Shown in pieces: positions 12,396-26,130 of a DNA stretch of 64,000 bases (positions are counted from its first letter, which is position 1; each line of letters starts with the position of its first letter). The notes under the pieces are model-generated. The model was not told the DNA's origin. It searched no databases and was given only the letters and a program-made list of their open reading frames with translations. The translations under genes were made by a program, and so were the position numbers. This DNA is from Octopus bimaculoides. Its lineage: Eukaryota. The stretch lies in NCBI RefSeq assembly GCF_001194135.2, contig NC_068984.1, positions 134,225,073-134,289,072 of the forward strand, given 5' to 3'.

Positions 12396-13489
12396 GCACA
12401 CGTGCTAGTTAGCAATTCCCAATATTTGTGCACTATAAATTTTTTTAGTTTATCATATCCATTTAGCTGTCATGAACTTATTTATTGTTAAATATTCTCC
12501 CTGTATGAATCACCACAAGCTTTGCAACTCAGTCTGTATGCCTTATTCCACACAAGGTTGACAATTTTAATACCAAGCCATACAAGATAAAACTATCCTA
12601 CCTGATTTGGTAGCTAGGGACCATCTATTCATGGGACAATCTTATTCTAAGTGCATCCTATCCTAATACCATGGAGAGATAAGGTTTCTTGCAATGCTAT
12701 AAAGTAGTATGTATTAGGAAGCTCATCCAGCCATAAAGAAATGTCTGAGAAGGGAAATTCAAAGAATCATGACAACATTTTTAGCTCTTCATCTTTAGAA
12801 AATATAATTTCTTACAATTTACACAAAATACTATTTTATATGACAAGTTCTTTATCATAATTATGAATGATATTCTGAATTTATTTATGTGCATTATTTA
12901 TAATCTGCATGATTTATTATTTTCCTTTTTGAAGCATTCACTCATTCACTCAAGTAAATCAGGAAGCTGAGTTAAATTTTTACATTCCCCATTAATCACA
13001 TTATTGGCATTTAATGCAGTGAAGAATATAACTGGATCATTTATCATGTATATATATATTTATCACCTATATTTATATGATACAGTGTAATATGTGATGA
13101 TGTGTTATACTGTATTACATAAATTTGCATGTACTTGGGTGGTTGTAATTGTATGGATATTTCCATGATTCAGAGTATTGGTATAGTATGAATGCTTATG
13201 TGTACTGTAAAAATATATTTATATACAAATTGAGGTTGTGGCCATAAGCTAATTTGTATATGTAGATGTGTAAGTCATTTTATACAGATCTATTGAATTA
13301 TATAATGAAGAAATGATCACAGTGTTTATACAGTTACACAGACTCGCAAGCACAAAACACACACACACACACACACACACACATGCATTACATATATACT
13401 GTATATGTGTGTATGTGTGCATGTGTGTGATGCTGGGATGGCTGTGCAGTTGAGAAGTTTGCCTGCCAACTATGAGGTTTTTGGTTACA

Positions 13490-13700
13490 AAAGGCACACA
13501 TAATTCTTTATTTACATGATTGAGTTGTGGGCAGTAAACGCCTGCAGTAATGATCTTTTTTCCTTCTTTCAGTACTTCATAAAGGATAACACCATTCATG
13601 TTCCACAAGATACTTAGCAAGGACTTCAGTGGATCAATCCAAATGCTGGTGTTGGCACTAGTTTCCCATTTACAGACAGCTAGTGACTTTTTCTTTTTTT
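13490..13700 (-). mobile_element. Mariner transposase fragment
   Basis: ORF 13249-13719 contains LLSILWNMNGVILYEVLKEGKKIITAGVYCPQLNHVNKEL, similar to mariner MLSVWWDxKGIIHFELLxxxQTITAExYCxQLxRLxxAL. Confidence 0.75.
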
Positions 13701-13844
13701 CTAGACATGCTACACCCATCTCATGTCAGCCACAACAATACAGTGCAGAAACAAGAGATTGTAATTCACTCTGCAAATAGTAGAGTGTTGAGAGAACTCA
13801 TGAGGAAGAAACCAAACATTGTCTTGCACTGGCAGAAGCAAGGC

Positions 13845-14052
13845 AGGGAGCTGGCAGAATCATTAGCATGCTGGGAAAAATGTTTAGTGGCATTTCATCC
13901 ATCTTTACATTCTCAGTTCAAATACTGCTGAAGTTGATTTTGTCTTTCATTCTTTCAGGGTCTATAAAATAAGTACCAATTGAACTCTTGGGTTGATGTA
14001 ATTGACTTTCCTCTTCACTAAAATTTCTGACCTTGTGCCAAAATTTGAAGCT
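13845..14052 (+). mobile_element. SINE (abundant family)
   Basis: ctttcagggtctataaaataagtaccaattgaactcttgggttgatgtaattgac...cttgtgccaaaatttgaa family core. Confidence 0.7.
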
Positions 14053-14290
14053 AGTATTTAACAGAAGTTACAGAGTGATTCAAAGGTTGATGGTTTCGTG
14101 TGTGAGCCCTTATCAAAGTGTTAATATATGAAACTCTCAAACCTTTGTTGCTTCTGCTAAATATTAATAAAATACGTATAGATATACACATTAATGTTGT
14201 GAGTTCTAGCTTTCCTGTTTGCATTGCCAAACTTATATTAATATGAATTATATTTTAATATATATTAATATGAATTATATATATGTGTGA

Positions 14291-14420
14291 GAAGGTGTGT
14301 AATGTAGTGGTCTGAGTGTTGACTTCCTGAGCTTTCAAACTGGGCAACATGTTGTGTTCTTGAGCAAGGCACTTCATTTAACTACTCAATGTACTCAAAT
14401 GAAAAGCCTGCAAGCCCAGT
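14291..14420 (+). mobile_element. tRNA-derived SINE fragment with conserved central core
   Basis: atgtagtggtctgagtgttgac head, then gttgtgttcttgagcaaggcactt core shared with the copy at ~60005. Confidence 0.55.
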
Positions 14421-14517
14421 TACTTAAATATCATGGAAACCAACCTGATTTAATATGCTGGTAGGCCTGAATGGACTTGAAACAACCTTTCAAGTTATAT
14501 ATATATATACATATATG

Positions 14518-14552
<35 letters not shown>

Positions 14553-16844
14553 GTGCAAGTATGGGTCTGTGGTTAAGAAGTTTGCTTTGCAACCATGTGG
14601 TTTTCAGTTCAGTCCCTCTGCATGGCATCTTTGGTTAGTCATAAAATGAAGACATTGGATACCCACAAAGCTTACTGGAAGTAAAAATAAGTTTTACTAC
14701 TTAAATAATATAATCATTGCTAAAGCTGGTTCTTTTGAAAATGCTGGGACTAATGTTCAAATAGGGTTTTAAAAGTACAAAGAAATGTTTATCTCAATTA
14801 TTAACAAAAGTTTTCTCTCTCCTTACAACTAAAGCTGGCTCTTTAAAGCAAGACAAACAAAGCAGAAATCGTATTCCAGAGAGAAGAGGGTGAAGAACTG
14901 AACCTTATAAGTGTATATCAGGACTATCGTGGAGGCCACTATTAGAAGATTTGAGAGGGAATTAGAAGATTTGGGAAAAATTGTGTTTTTGACAAGAGAG
15001 CCCTTAAATATAAACAGGCCCATCCAACCAAGCCAGCATGGTAGAAAATATGGATGATAATGATGATGGTGGTGGTGGTGTTGACAACATCAACAACAAC
15101 AATGATCTAGAAATGTTTTTGGTCATTCTGGGTTGGAATTTATGACAGTACATGTATAAATATTTATCTATTTATGAATTTACTAATATAAATATCAATA
15201 ACCCTCAAACATTTTGCTCTTTATTGCAACTGATCCCTTTTCTCATTTCATGTCTCACAGGTAGCTTTTCCCCTTCCCTTATCTTTGTGATAATGTCTAA
15301 ATTTAGTAACATTTGTCTTTATTTTGTCTATTTGTTATATTTTTTTATTCCATTAGTACAATGAAAAGCCAAGCAATCACACACCTGTTTGCTCTTTCCT
15401 CTCTTTTTAGTAGTTTATTTGACTTGCTAATCAACATGATATATAAAGTTATTTTCGTAAACTTAAAAGAAAGATAACTTGCTCTTCAACTACAAAATTC
15501 TCTGCATCCAGGTTACTAAGTTTAAAGGAAATTATATGATCAAGTAAAATTGAAAGCCCTTTGAAACAGAAACAAAATTGTCACAATTTTAAAAGGAATT
15601 GAGAATTTAAATAATAAGGAGCATATGTTAAAACTACAAAGAAAATTATTAATGTCTTAAAGGATAATGTTATATGTTTAATGAAGGAAGATTATAAAAT
15701 CTAATTAGAAATACGTATGCAGAGAGGAATATAAAAAACAAAAGAAAATTCTTATCAATTAATATTATTTAGATTATTTTGGCAGTATGGGTGACAACTT
15801 CATATATGTTTCAGTGTTAATATGACTTTTGCAGTGAAGTATAGATTTCACTGAACTTACTGATATATTGAGAGGAGAATCACTCAATAAATGTGCAAAA
15901 ATGTACACTGGCTTGCATAGTAAACTAGAATTTAAAACAAACTTTGCACAGTGATGGGAACAGTTATTGATTTACAGCAAGCCTTTGGCTTTGGAAAACA
16001 TCAAATTCTTTGCACCAAACTTGAATACTATATTCATATTTTATCCACTATTGAAGTCTTCATAACACAGAAATCAATATATATGTATACATTATACTGA
16101 ATCTCCATTAACAGAAACAGCATAGTTTCCATAAGATTCTACCTTTTACTTACTAAGTATTACTATTCAAATCTATAAGTATTTTATTTGCTTGTAATAA
16201 CCCATAAACAATTCAAATTTTTCTGAACATAAGTTTAAATCAGCTAATACATGGATACTCGTATAGTAATATGAGTGCCATTTAATCTTAACTAGTTATT
16301 GACATTTTTATTCCCAGAGAAAAAAGAAAAAAAATATTAGATGAGAGAAAAACATCTCAGTTGATTAAAGAAGAAAATCTCAATAAAGAGTAGGACCAAT
16401 GGTATTCTATCTATACTACATTACAATGAATCTCTTTTGTGAATGTGTTTAATGTTGAGTTTCATTTTATGATCCTTAATATCTATCACAACTATATAAA
16501 AAGTCTGAGTAGTTTAAATATTTTAAAGTTTTACTAAGTTCTTGTAACTCATGAAATAAAGCAAATATAATTTATGCTTCTCTTAAGAACTATTTTTTTG
16601 TGGTAGTAAAAAAGACAACATTATTTCTAACAATATTAAGATATATCTGATTGCTTCTGTCAGAAAACATTCAATTATCTGAATTTATATAAATGTGTGT
16701 GTGTGTGTGCGTGCACACGCGCATTCGTGCTTGTATGAAAACACACAATATTCAAAGGAACAAAGCCTGCATTCCAGTGATTACATATTTTAAACAATTG
16801 AAGTAGTCTAATCTGAAATGCAATAATTTTTCTTTAATCTATAC

Positions 16845-16845
<1 letters not shown>

Positions 16846-16909
<64 letters not shown>
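16846..16909. repeat. (TTA)n microsatellite
   Basis: Direct tandem trinucleotide array. Confidence 0.95.
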
Positions 16910-16910
<1 letters not shown>

Positions 16911-17030
16911 CCTTCCCTATGATGCTAACACATTTTCAATTCTTTTTATTAAAGTGAAAAAGTTTGATAGCTAGATAGATGAAAGATAGAAAACCAGATA
17001 GATAGAAAGACTGAAAGATGAATATATATA

Positions 17031-17042
17031 NNNNNNNNNNNN
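17031..17042. other. Assembly gap (further gaps at 35131-35191, 44355-44865, 45238-45247, 63494-63522)
   Basis: N runs, all adjacent to (AT)n or (GT)n arrays. Confidence 0.98.
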
Positions 17043-17083
<41 letters not shown>

Positions 17084-18288
17084 AAGAGAGAGGGGGGAGT
17101 GTTTAAGTTCTATTCGTGAAAAAGTTTATACTTGAAGTTATGCTACAAAAGCACATTTCTCATTCAAATGTAAGTATGTTGTTATAAGATGTTTGTTGAT
17201 AAGAGGATTTTTAACTGGAAGGTTGGCAATTATTGAAATTATTCCTTCTTATGGTACTTGATCTGATTCCTATTTCATTTTTCTTTACAAGAATTTGGAA
17301 TAGTAATATCAAATTATTGTCATTCAATGGTTTGGAATTGAAAAATAAAAAAAATAGTTTATTATTGCAAATCATTTTAAAAGAGATATTATCTCAGGGA
17401 TTTCATACTGAGAATCATAAGACTTAAGACGTTGAATTATTTGTAACATACACCTTATTTTATTATAAATGTATTGTTACATTATTTTAGTTTGTCTATT
17501 AATCTAGTATAATTACAAGTATTTGTTTTTGTCATCCTACATATGTGTGTGTGCATGTGTGTGTACATGTGTATGTATATATGTATATCTCTCTTTCTCT
17601 TTCTCTCTCTCCCCCTCTCTCCATATAAGTATATATATATGCCACTTTTCTAATATTTAGAAATGAGATTAATTTACATCACAAAAGAAAAAATAAAAGC
17701 TCTTCAATCATTTAAGAGGATAAACACTGATAATATATTGAAAGGATGATGAAAATGTAAATACATCTATCTTTAGTATCAAGATAGGATAGTTTATGAT
17801 AATAATGGTTCTAATTATAGCAGGAAATTTCAAGGAAATATTTCCAGAGAAGCCTAAGCAAGCAATGGAAAACCAGATGTAAAGATGATGATGTTCGTAA
17901 CAATGATGATGATGATGATGATGATGATAACGATGTCGATGATGAGAAACATTCAAAATTTGATTTCCACAGAAAAGTAAGCAAAGATATAAGAAAAAAA
18001 GATGGCACTAAACAAGAAACGTCACAAATATGATATAGAGAGTGTAATGAAAAGGTGGCAAATATAATGGAATAGAAAGTAGAGAAAGGGAATCAATAAT
18101 TAATGAAAAATTTGAGCTTAAATGAATAAAATGTTATGGACTTAAAATGGCCTTATCATGATAATTATTATGATCAAAAGATAACCTTGCTAGGCACAGC
18201 CTGTGTTGCTAATCAAGACACTTTCAATTCAATAACAAAGATAAAACTTCACTCTCTTCACATACCTTATGAAATATCCACCAAACAA

Positions 18289-18930
18289 TATAGGATGTCT
18301 ACAAAGTACATGTGCAATTTTTATACCTATAGTTTTGTATCTATATTTGATAGAACGAATCTGTAAGAAAAGCTAAGGAAACTTGATGTGTCTAGGTCTT
18401 TTCTTGTCTTCAGAAATTTATATATTATTTATTTTACCTATTATTTTTTATCTATTTTTTGAGATTTCAAAATGACTTTTTTTTTTTTTTTTTGCAGAAT
18501 TGCTGTTGGCTAATGGTTTCACTGAAGGAGAGAAAGCAAACTGCATTCTTTGGTTGGCTGAACTAGAATCTACTGTTGTTGTCAAAAGAAGGTTTAGAAC
18601 TTATTACAAGAAAGAAGCACCACACAGTGAAAAGTAATGTTTATTCAACTAAACTTCAATCTTTAGAGGACTTGCAAGCTAAGATAATTGATGTGATTGA
18701 TGATAATTACTGAAAATCAGCAGCAAAATGTTTTTCAACAACTACAGAATCATATTACCATTTGTATACATAATGATGATAGATGAAAACTAACAATCAC
18801 AATAATAAGCTAAGATACTTGTCCTTTCTTATCCATTTTACAGATTAGTCCTATCAAGTATAGTTACAAATCTACAAGTATTTTAAATTGTATTTTAAAT
18901 TGCACATGGACTTTATAAACACACTATATA
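18289..18930 (+). mobile_element. Internally deleted Tc1/mariner element with long TIRs and TA target duplication
   Basis: The left end TA-taggatgtctacaaagtacatgtgcaattt...tttgatagaacgaatctg matches the reverse complement of the right end cagattagtcctatcaag...ttgcacatggactttataaacacacta-TA (~70-80 bp). The interior encodes a transposase N-terminus (FTEGEKANCILWLAELESTVVVKRRFRTYYKKEAP) close to a C-terminus (LQSLEDLQAKII..QQNVFQQLQNHITICI). Confidence 0.8.
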
Positions 18931-19084
18931 ACACATCATGTACTGTATACAATCAATACCTAATAAAATAAGACAACACATTACTCTTACTTAATTGATC
19001 TGACGCTATAACAAGAAATCCTATTCTACTGTTGTAACCCATTTATATAACACAACCCACTCAACTCATACTTTGCACTGTCAC

Positions 19085-19290
19085 CACCAAATAATTTTTT
19101 ATAGTTTTGGCACAAGGCTAACTATTTTGAGTGGAGGTGAAGTTGATTACATTGATTCCAGTGCTCCACAGGTACTTATTTTATCAACCCTGAAAGGATA
19201 GAAGATAAAAGTCAACCTTGGTGGAATTTGAACTCAGAATGTAAAGAACTAAAGAAATGCTGCAAATCATTTTGTTTGATGTGCTAATGA
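19085..19290 (-). mobile_element. SINE (abundant family, inverted orientation)
   Basis: ttttggcacaaggc...ggtacttattttatcaaccctgaaagga...ggtggaatttgaactcaga is the reverse complement of the family core. Confidence 0.75.
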
Positions 19291-19503
19291 TTCTGACAAT
19301 TCATCCCAAATAATACAAACCATATAGCACTAACTCTTCACAATATATAAAACTTTAAAATAGCAAATAAAATCCCACAACAATGCTAAACGACAATGTA
19401 GAATATACAAACAATTTTACATTCCCAAAAGATAATGTTGCATATACAATAGGAACGTGGAACCTTGTGGTGTTGAAGAACCTTGCATGAAACTGAGGAG
19501 GGC

Positions 19504-20900
19504 ATGATGATGATGATGATGATGATAATTTCTTATGTTGGCCACAAGGCCCCAAGACATTGAGAATAATATAAAAGGATGAAATACACTACACAAAAAG
19601 GGGCTAACAGTGATAAAAAGGAAACTAATAAAAAAGATAAAAAATAAATTTCAACAAAAGTTTCAACAACAAAACTTCCCCTATAATAGGGCAGTCCACC
19701 TCGAGTAATTTGCCAACCCCACCACCACAAAAAGTCCAGTTGACTGCTATTTTCTGAGGCATCAACAATGCTCTCTCCCTATTCTTTTCTTCCATATTCC
19801 CTGTGTGAATATTTGGTGACATTCTCGATGCCAACTGCCCAACCACGGTCTATGCTTGACCCATGACTGAGGCTTAGTCAAGTAGACGGGTTGCAGAATC
19901 AGGTGTCATGCAAAAGACGTTCATATAAGTTTGTTCCTTTGTTTTTCTATTCCTGATCTGTGCTATAATGGTCACATGATATGAAGATTATTATCATGGA
20001 CAGATCTGCTGAAAATCATACAGATTTGCACGTCTCTGACTACATTACTGATGACAAGTAACCAGCCTTTTGGCGAGCATGTATGTGAACATTTTTACTC
20101 TGTGTTGCACAAAGTTATCAGCACAAAATTTTCCATCATGAATCCCTTCTTCATATCTTTTCTCAGCAGTATCACCACTTTCTGGCCCGCTCATCTAGAG
20201 AAGTCTGCTCCCAGTCTGCTGTCAGCTGCAGTAGACAGTTGTCAAGACAGGAGTAAACAAATCTGGCATGTGGAAATATAGTCCACAGGGCAGACCTATC
20301 AGTCCAGGCAACACAATAGTTGAAATTGGTTTTCCACAGCCCTCGGTCTCCCTGTCACAGCAAACCATCAAGTAAGCATCAAAGCTTGCTGTCTCAGGTC
20401 CAATTCTCAAAAATAGTATGACAAAGTGCTACTGGAAAATTGCATTCATCTGCTTGTAAGCAAAAAGCACCTACCCATTGTGGTCCGTCCTAGACTGAAT
20501 TCTAACAGCATTGTTATGCTGCACCTTTGCTACTCAGGTTTGAAACATGAAGGCTATGATACCCTCATGTTTCAGTGCATATATCCTAACTTGAACAATG
20601 ACACCATTCTTGTCACTAGTATGTCTTTTGTTATGCCTTTTTCTATGTGCCTTTTCTAATTGATTAGTTAGTTCCTATGCTAGTCAATTCAAACATGAAC
20701 AAGCAAGAAAAAACACGAAAAAACAACGCGAGGACGTGGAATAAGTACAGTGTTATAGGACGCTCAGGAAAGGAAAGAAAAGAAAAGAAAAGAAAGAGGA
20801 TTTCACATTTTGAGCGGAGCTCTTCCTCAGAAATATAGGAAAAGTCCAAAGAAGGGAAGACAGAGAAAGAAAATCGCCAACGATGCACACAGTCTATGCT
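19504..20900 (-). mobile_element. Degenerate L1/Tx1-clade LINE (RT domain and 3' end)
   Basis: Minus strand: PGLIGLPCGLYFHMPDLF (ORF 20222-20410), followed by decayed RPITLxNTExKI, NLHIMRTII and DQSKAFDRVDH-like RT motifs. Short trinucleotide tail at ~19504-19526. Ends approximate. Confidence 0.7.
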
Positions 20901-21044
20901 ACTCTGTCATACCTTATAACTTTCTCTCTGCTAAAGGAAGCAGATGCTTTGCTATATTTTCATTTTAGTAAAACTCATCACTTGTTGATGATAGCTCCAG
21001 TTAATTCTTACTTATCTGATCTGTGAAATCTTTATGTACTAAGA

Positions 21045-21046
<2 letters not shown>

Positions 21047-21093
<47 letters not shown>

Positions 21094-21275
21094 GTTTCAA
21101 ATTTTGGCACAATGCCAGCAATTTTAGTGGGAGGCAGTTAGTTGATTATATCAACCATAGTTCTTGATTAGAATTTTACTTTATCAATTCTGAAAGGATG
21201 AAAGTAAAATTGGCTTAAGTAGAATTTTAACATAGAACATAACGAGCAGGAAGAACTACCACAAGGCATTTTCTG
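21047..21275 (-). mobile_element. SINE with trinucleotide tail, seen as (TAA)n on plus
   Basis: (TAA)n, then ggtttcaaattttggcacaatgccagcaattttagtggg...ctgaaaggatgaaag. Confidence 0.75.
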
Positions 21276-21699
21276 ATGTTTTAATGTTTATACAAAGTTG
21301 TTGAAAAGAAATCATCTCTTAGAATATACACCTATGCATGGTGATCTTTATTTTCTCTGTAGCTTTTGATGTAACAAAATGTTAGAGAAAAGGTTTGTAA
21401 GGTACAAGTTGTGTTTGAAGAGAAAAGTGAGAAGAAAGAGAAAGTAAGACAAAAGTATATTTAGAAAGGGTAAGTTTGGTGTGTGTGTATGTGCGCATGT
21501 GTATTCCTTGGCTATGAATAAAAATTCTTGGATATCAATAATATGAAAATATTGGATAGAGTATATTCTTAACTGGGACAAGACAAATAGGGTAGAAAGA
21601 TATTGAAACATACACTTTAAAAGCAATCTAATAATGAGTGAATAAAACATACATACACCATCGTTTTTTTTTTATTGTATAGTACATTAGTCCAATATG

Positions 21700-21960
21700 A
21701 TTATCAAAAACATGAATGAGAATATATGCATTCTGTTAAACATATTAATCTCTCTAATCAAAATATTCTGGAAGTTAGTAAGAAAATTATCAAGTGTAAT
21801 CTTGACATGGAATTAAGCAGGACGTGGAGTACGCAACTAAGAAATGTGCCTCTAATAATTAGAGCATTGAGTATGCTAAAAAAAGAAATAAACTAAATCA
21901 TGAAAAGTGTTCCAGGGCTTATGAGTTTACACACAGACTATAAAAATAGCCCTGCTAGAC
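21700..21960 (+). mobile_element. Decayed restriction-endonuclease-type LINE (R4/Dong-like) C-terminal fragment
   Basis: Remnants resembling KLSKYKDLEIE..RMW..VP.IIGALGM.KK..IPG. Confidence 0.4.
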
Positions 21961-23819
21961 ACAATTCGCATCCTATGCAAGGCATAATTCAGTAGTACAA
22001 CAATAGAAACTTTAACAGCAAAATACCATAGAAGACATTGAGTAAACTTGCAACGCAGATGATCTCAGAGAATGACAAAGTGACCATACCTATTGATCCA
22101 TTGATATGACAAATCATACAGATGGAGATCAAGGTAAATCTTAAAGATATTTATGTGACATACAATGAAGAAAGATATGTTTCTCAATCAATGAATCAAT
22201 TTCAATTTCTTGAAAAAAAATTAATAGAAGGAAACTGTCCTGACCATAATGATAAGCAGAATATGATAGAGATGGAAAACAGAAATTATTACCATAATTA
22301 TAGACAATTTGGAAATGATAGAAATGATCTAGTCAAATATATTAACCAAAACTCTAGGACTTAAATATCAACACAACATACAAAAAACAGTACTGCCAAG
22401 TGCTGCAGATATTTTATGCAATAAAATATGCCAAGATGTTTTGAAATTTTGAACAAATATAAATAAATCCCACAAATATGGAAACACATGCATACACACA
22501 TACATAGATACACACACTCACACACATGCACATATGTATGTATAAAAGAAAACAAATGAGGGCTGACCAACTACCTGTACTGTGCCACAAAAATGATCAG
22601 GTATGCACTTTGATATGCTCTGCTTTGGTCTATAGAACAACATATTGCTACATATTAGTAAGGAATTTTTTTCTAATTACTTTTTCGAGGGCACATGGAA
22701 ACCCCTCTACTCTCAAGAGATGGAGTTAGGTTACTTTCTTCCTTGCCCTTTTAAATATGAAATCATTGAGCACTGTGGCACAGCTTTTTGAGACACCTTT
22801 TCTATGCTTTTTCCTCTCTTGAAAGTAACTTAATTCCACCATTTTCCTGTTTTGCAACACTGGCAAATGACATTTTGCTGTTGCTATTGCCTACATTGTT
22901 AACATTGTTAGTTATCACCATTTCCCTTGTAACCACCTGTTCGGTTTCAACTGACAATGTTTGTCAGTCTGTCTTTCTTTTTAAATCTATTAATTCTTCA
23001 GCAATGCATTTGTTGCTGTTGTGTTTGAGGCTGGTACTTACTCCCACTCTTCTGCTGCTGGCAATATCCTCCATTGCCTAATTAACAATGTTTTTTAAAA
23101 ATCAAACATTCTAATGTTCATTGTTCACAATTTAAAAAAAAAATCCCTATCAAGTGAATGTGATTAACTGTAACTTTGCTTCAGAGCACTGTTAAAGATG
23201 TATTTTCATTACAAACAACTACAACAACCATGAGAGATAAAATTTGATAGAGGAAGCAGAAGGTTTCCTTTTTGATTAGGGTATTTTCAAAGGAATATTT
23301 TAAGGATTTAAATGTCATTCTGTTGTATTCAATAAGGAAGCAATTCAAAATATTAACATCTTTTTTTGCATTTTAGAGACTTGACATGACAAGCAGTGCT
23401 CATTTACATTGTTTAAACGCTATGCTTCACTATCCACGAACTGAATTAACAACATACACATAAACTGAAATCATCTTTGAAAATGGCACAATTTGGTTTC
23501 AGTACATTTTAATACTGCAGGTTGATTTCAAGAATCATTATATTAATAATAATAGACAAAGCATTGACAGAAATGATAGTATTGGAGTAAATGTGCTACA
23601 GTGTTTGATTAGTGTTTAGCTACATCTAATGCTACACGGGTCAATTTTGCCTTTCATCTCTTTGGAATCAATATGTATATTAGAGTTAATTCAATAGAGT
23701 TATAACTTCGCATCAATATTAGAAATCCTATTTCTAATTAAACTTAATCTTTCAGAGATCAACAAATAACAAATATAATGCTTTCTGTAGAAAAAAATAA
23801 TCTTATGGTTATAAAAATA

Positions 23820-24200
23820 AATGGCATAAGGTTTACGAAAGGGAAAGGATATTTCAAATAATAATCAAATAAAAATGGCAGGACAATGGAAAAAGTGAAA
23901 ATGAAAAATTCTAAAAGATTTTGCTAATGATACGCATTTAGAACAGATCACAGTACAGCCAAAATATGAAAGAGAAGTATCCAGTACACACTACATTACA
24001 ACTAACTATGAATATAATTACAGAAATGACTACTAACATTATGCAAGAAGCATTTAATTAAAAATGACTATGAACTTGAAGAAACCCTTATTTAGATTAC
24101 AAATGTGTAATTTCAAAGAATAAAATTTGAGGAAATATTGAAGCGACTTAAGCAAAATAAACCGTTGTATGAATTTATAAATCATGATCCTCAAAGGAAT
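23820..24200 (+). mobile_element. Decayed RTE-like RT fragment
   Basis: gattttgctaatgatacgcattta reads DFANDTHL, a decayed DFADD motif. Confidence 0.4.
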
Positions 24201-25319
24201 TTAAAAGGAAAGTAAAAAAGACCCCTAAACAAATGGAGAAATATTAGAATTTGGTAAAAGGGCTGGATTAAAGGAAAAAACTATAAAAAATAAAGGAATG
24301 ACATAAGACAAATTATGCTTACAATAGTGGCTGGGATCAGTAGGCAGGACATATATAGAACTCATTCTTCTCTTATGAGCCAAAACCAGACTGTAGCGAA
24401 AGAGCTTTGAGAGTGCTTTATTGGTATATAAATGAGGCTTCTCATGAGGGCTCATCTCCTGCACATCTCATCTCCTAAAACCTATCACTTCTCAATTTAT
24501 GATTCTACTCAGTTATTATAATCACCTGAAAGTAGAACAGGCATAAACTACAACCCACAACTTTTCAGCTACCTTACTCCTTTCCTCACTCTGGAACCAC
24601 TACCATTTCTCATCTTCTCCTGCCCACTGTTTTCATCAGTAACCTCCTTTCTCTACCTTCAGCCATTGCTCTTTCTTCTCTGCTATACTCCATACTTAAC
24701 ACCTCACTTATCTGCTATCATTCTCAATGCCCTCACATATCTACAATAATCCCCCTGCCCCTCAGTTACTCCTATATCTCTTACCATCACTTGTTACAGT
24801 AATCTCTTTTCCATCTAACCATCTCTCCTCACACTCTTATGGAACTTACCCCTCTATTCCCCCTGCTCATTCAGTCAGTCCAATTCTCTATATCACTTTA
24901 CCTATATTCTGTACCTTGAGGGTGTCCCAATACATCTTCACCACCACCACTCTCCCCCTCTCTCTCTTTATCTTACATCATCAGAATTGGTAGAGCAACA
25001 GACAAAACGCCTTTTGGTATTTAGATATGTTTATATATGTTCTTAGGTTTAATTTTGCTGGTGTCAGTTTTGACTTTTATTCTTTTGGTGGGTGATAAAA
25101 TAAATAGAAGTACTAAGATAGATTTAACTGATATATGTAGCTCCCCCAAAATTTATGAAGTTGTGCTTTTAGGTTAGGAATTATTTGTATTATAATTGCT
25201 ATGAGTGTGTCTGCTCTCACTTTAATTGTCAGCAGTTATCATTGTTGAAGATAATGAATATAATAGTCTATGTGCAAATGTATTAGTTGGGAAGAACATC
25301 TATTGTACTCAGTGAATGG

Positions 25320-26130
25320 ATTGAAATTTACTAACTGTCATTTCAAAAGCCACTCAAATAGAAGCTATAATCACATAAGGATGAATAGCAGAGTGATATC
25401 AGAAGGTCTCAGCTTAATTCTTGGAATAATGGCATGTTCCCATAATGTTTGCCTTTTGTAACAATGTTGACTCCAATCCTGCATTTATTATTATTTGTAT
25501 TACTTGAATTCCTGTTCCATTGCAAAGGGCAGTAGCCTTATTTAAAGTTCACAATAGCATTACAACACATTATATATCATGGTCAAAGTAGAGATGAGGG
25601 TGCTCCACTAAAGTTACAGATGTTTAGAAATTTCTTTGGATAATTGTACAGATTATCTGCATCATTGCCATAAGTAATGCTTCTGTATGTGACAGTTTCT
25701 TTATCAAATATGCTGATAATTTCCACATTTACAGAATTAGCAATAATATAGAGAAGGGATAGTAATGCTGTTAAGTTTGCTGGATCCAATGGCCTGAGTA
25801 GAATGACTTATTTGTTGTTCATTTGACACAAGCTCAGTGTTTCTGTCAGAGTACAATTGTCCACACTCTTCATCAATATGAAACAGAAAATCAATTGTAT
25901 CATGGCCCTATCAATTCTATAGTCATATATTTAAAGTAATTTTCAATTTCATCACTCACTTCTAAAATGAAGCAGGAGTCCTGACTATTTTCATGATAGA
26001 AACTCTGTATTTGAACCTGCACATTATACTTTATATCAAACATTAAATAATATCACAATTCTAGAAAAGAAAAGGGGGTAAAAATAAACGACTATGCTAT
26101 CTTGCTACCAGGTAGTAAACAACATGAAAG
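25320..26130 (-). mobile_element. Helitron Pif1-type helicase remnant
   Basis: Ordered minus-strand motifs: LLPGSKIA (~26115, cf. LLPGGRTAHS); NYPKKFLNICNFSGAP (ORF 25583-25789, cf. NYPxEFLNSLxPSGxP); MLL*TLNKATALCNGT (cf. MLLRNLxxxxGLCNGTR); IIPRIKLRPSD and VAFEMTVSKFQ (cf. IPRIxLxPSD, LAFAMTINKSQG). Confidence 0.85.

Noticed and set aside
15868-15930. Open minus-strand segment ending at a gtaagt donor
   Set aside because: Phase 2 in and phase 0 out, incompatible with the phase-1 intron. No neurexin similarity.
23042-23077. 36-nt in-frame phase-1 segment (NGGYCQQQKSG) with a gtaagt donor
   Set aside because: The acceptor is A-rich with no pyrimidine tract, and the segment lies in sequence resembling a LINE ORF1 remnant (SFASVAK)
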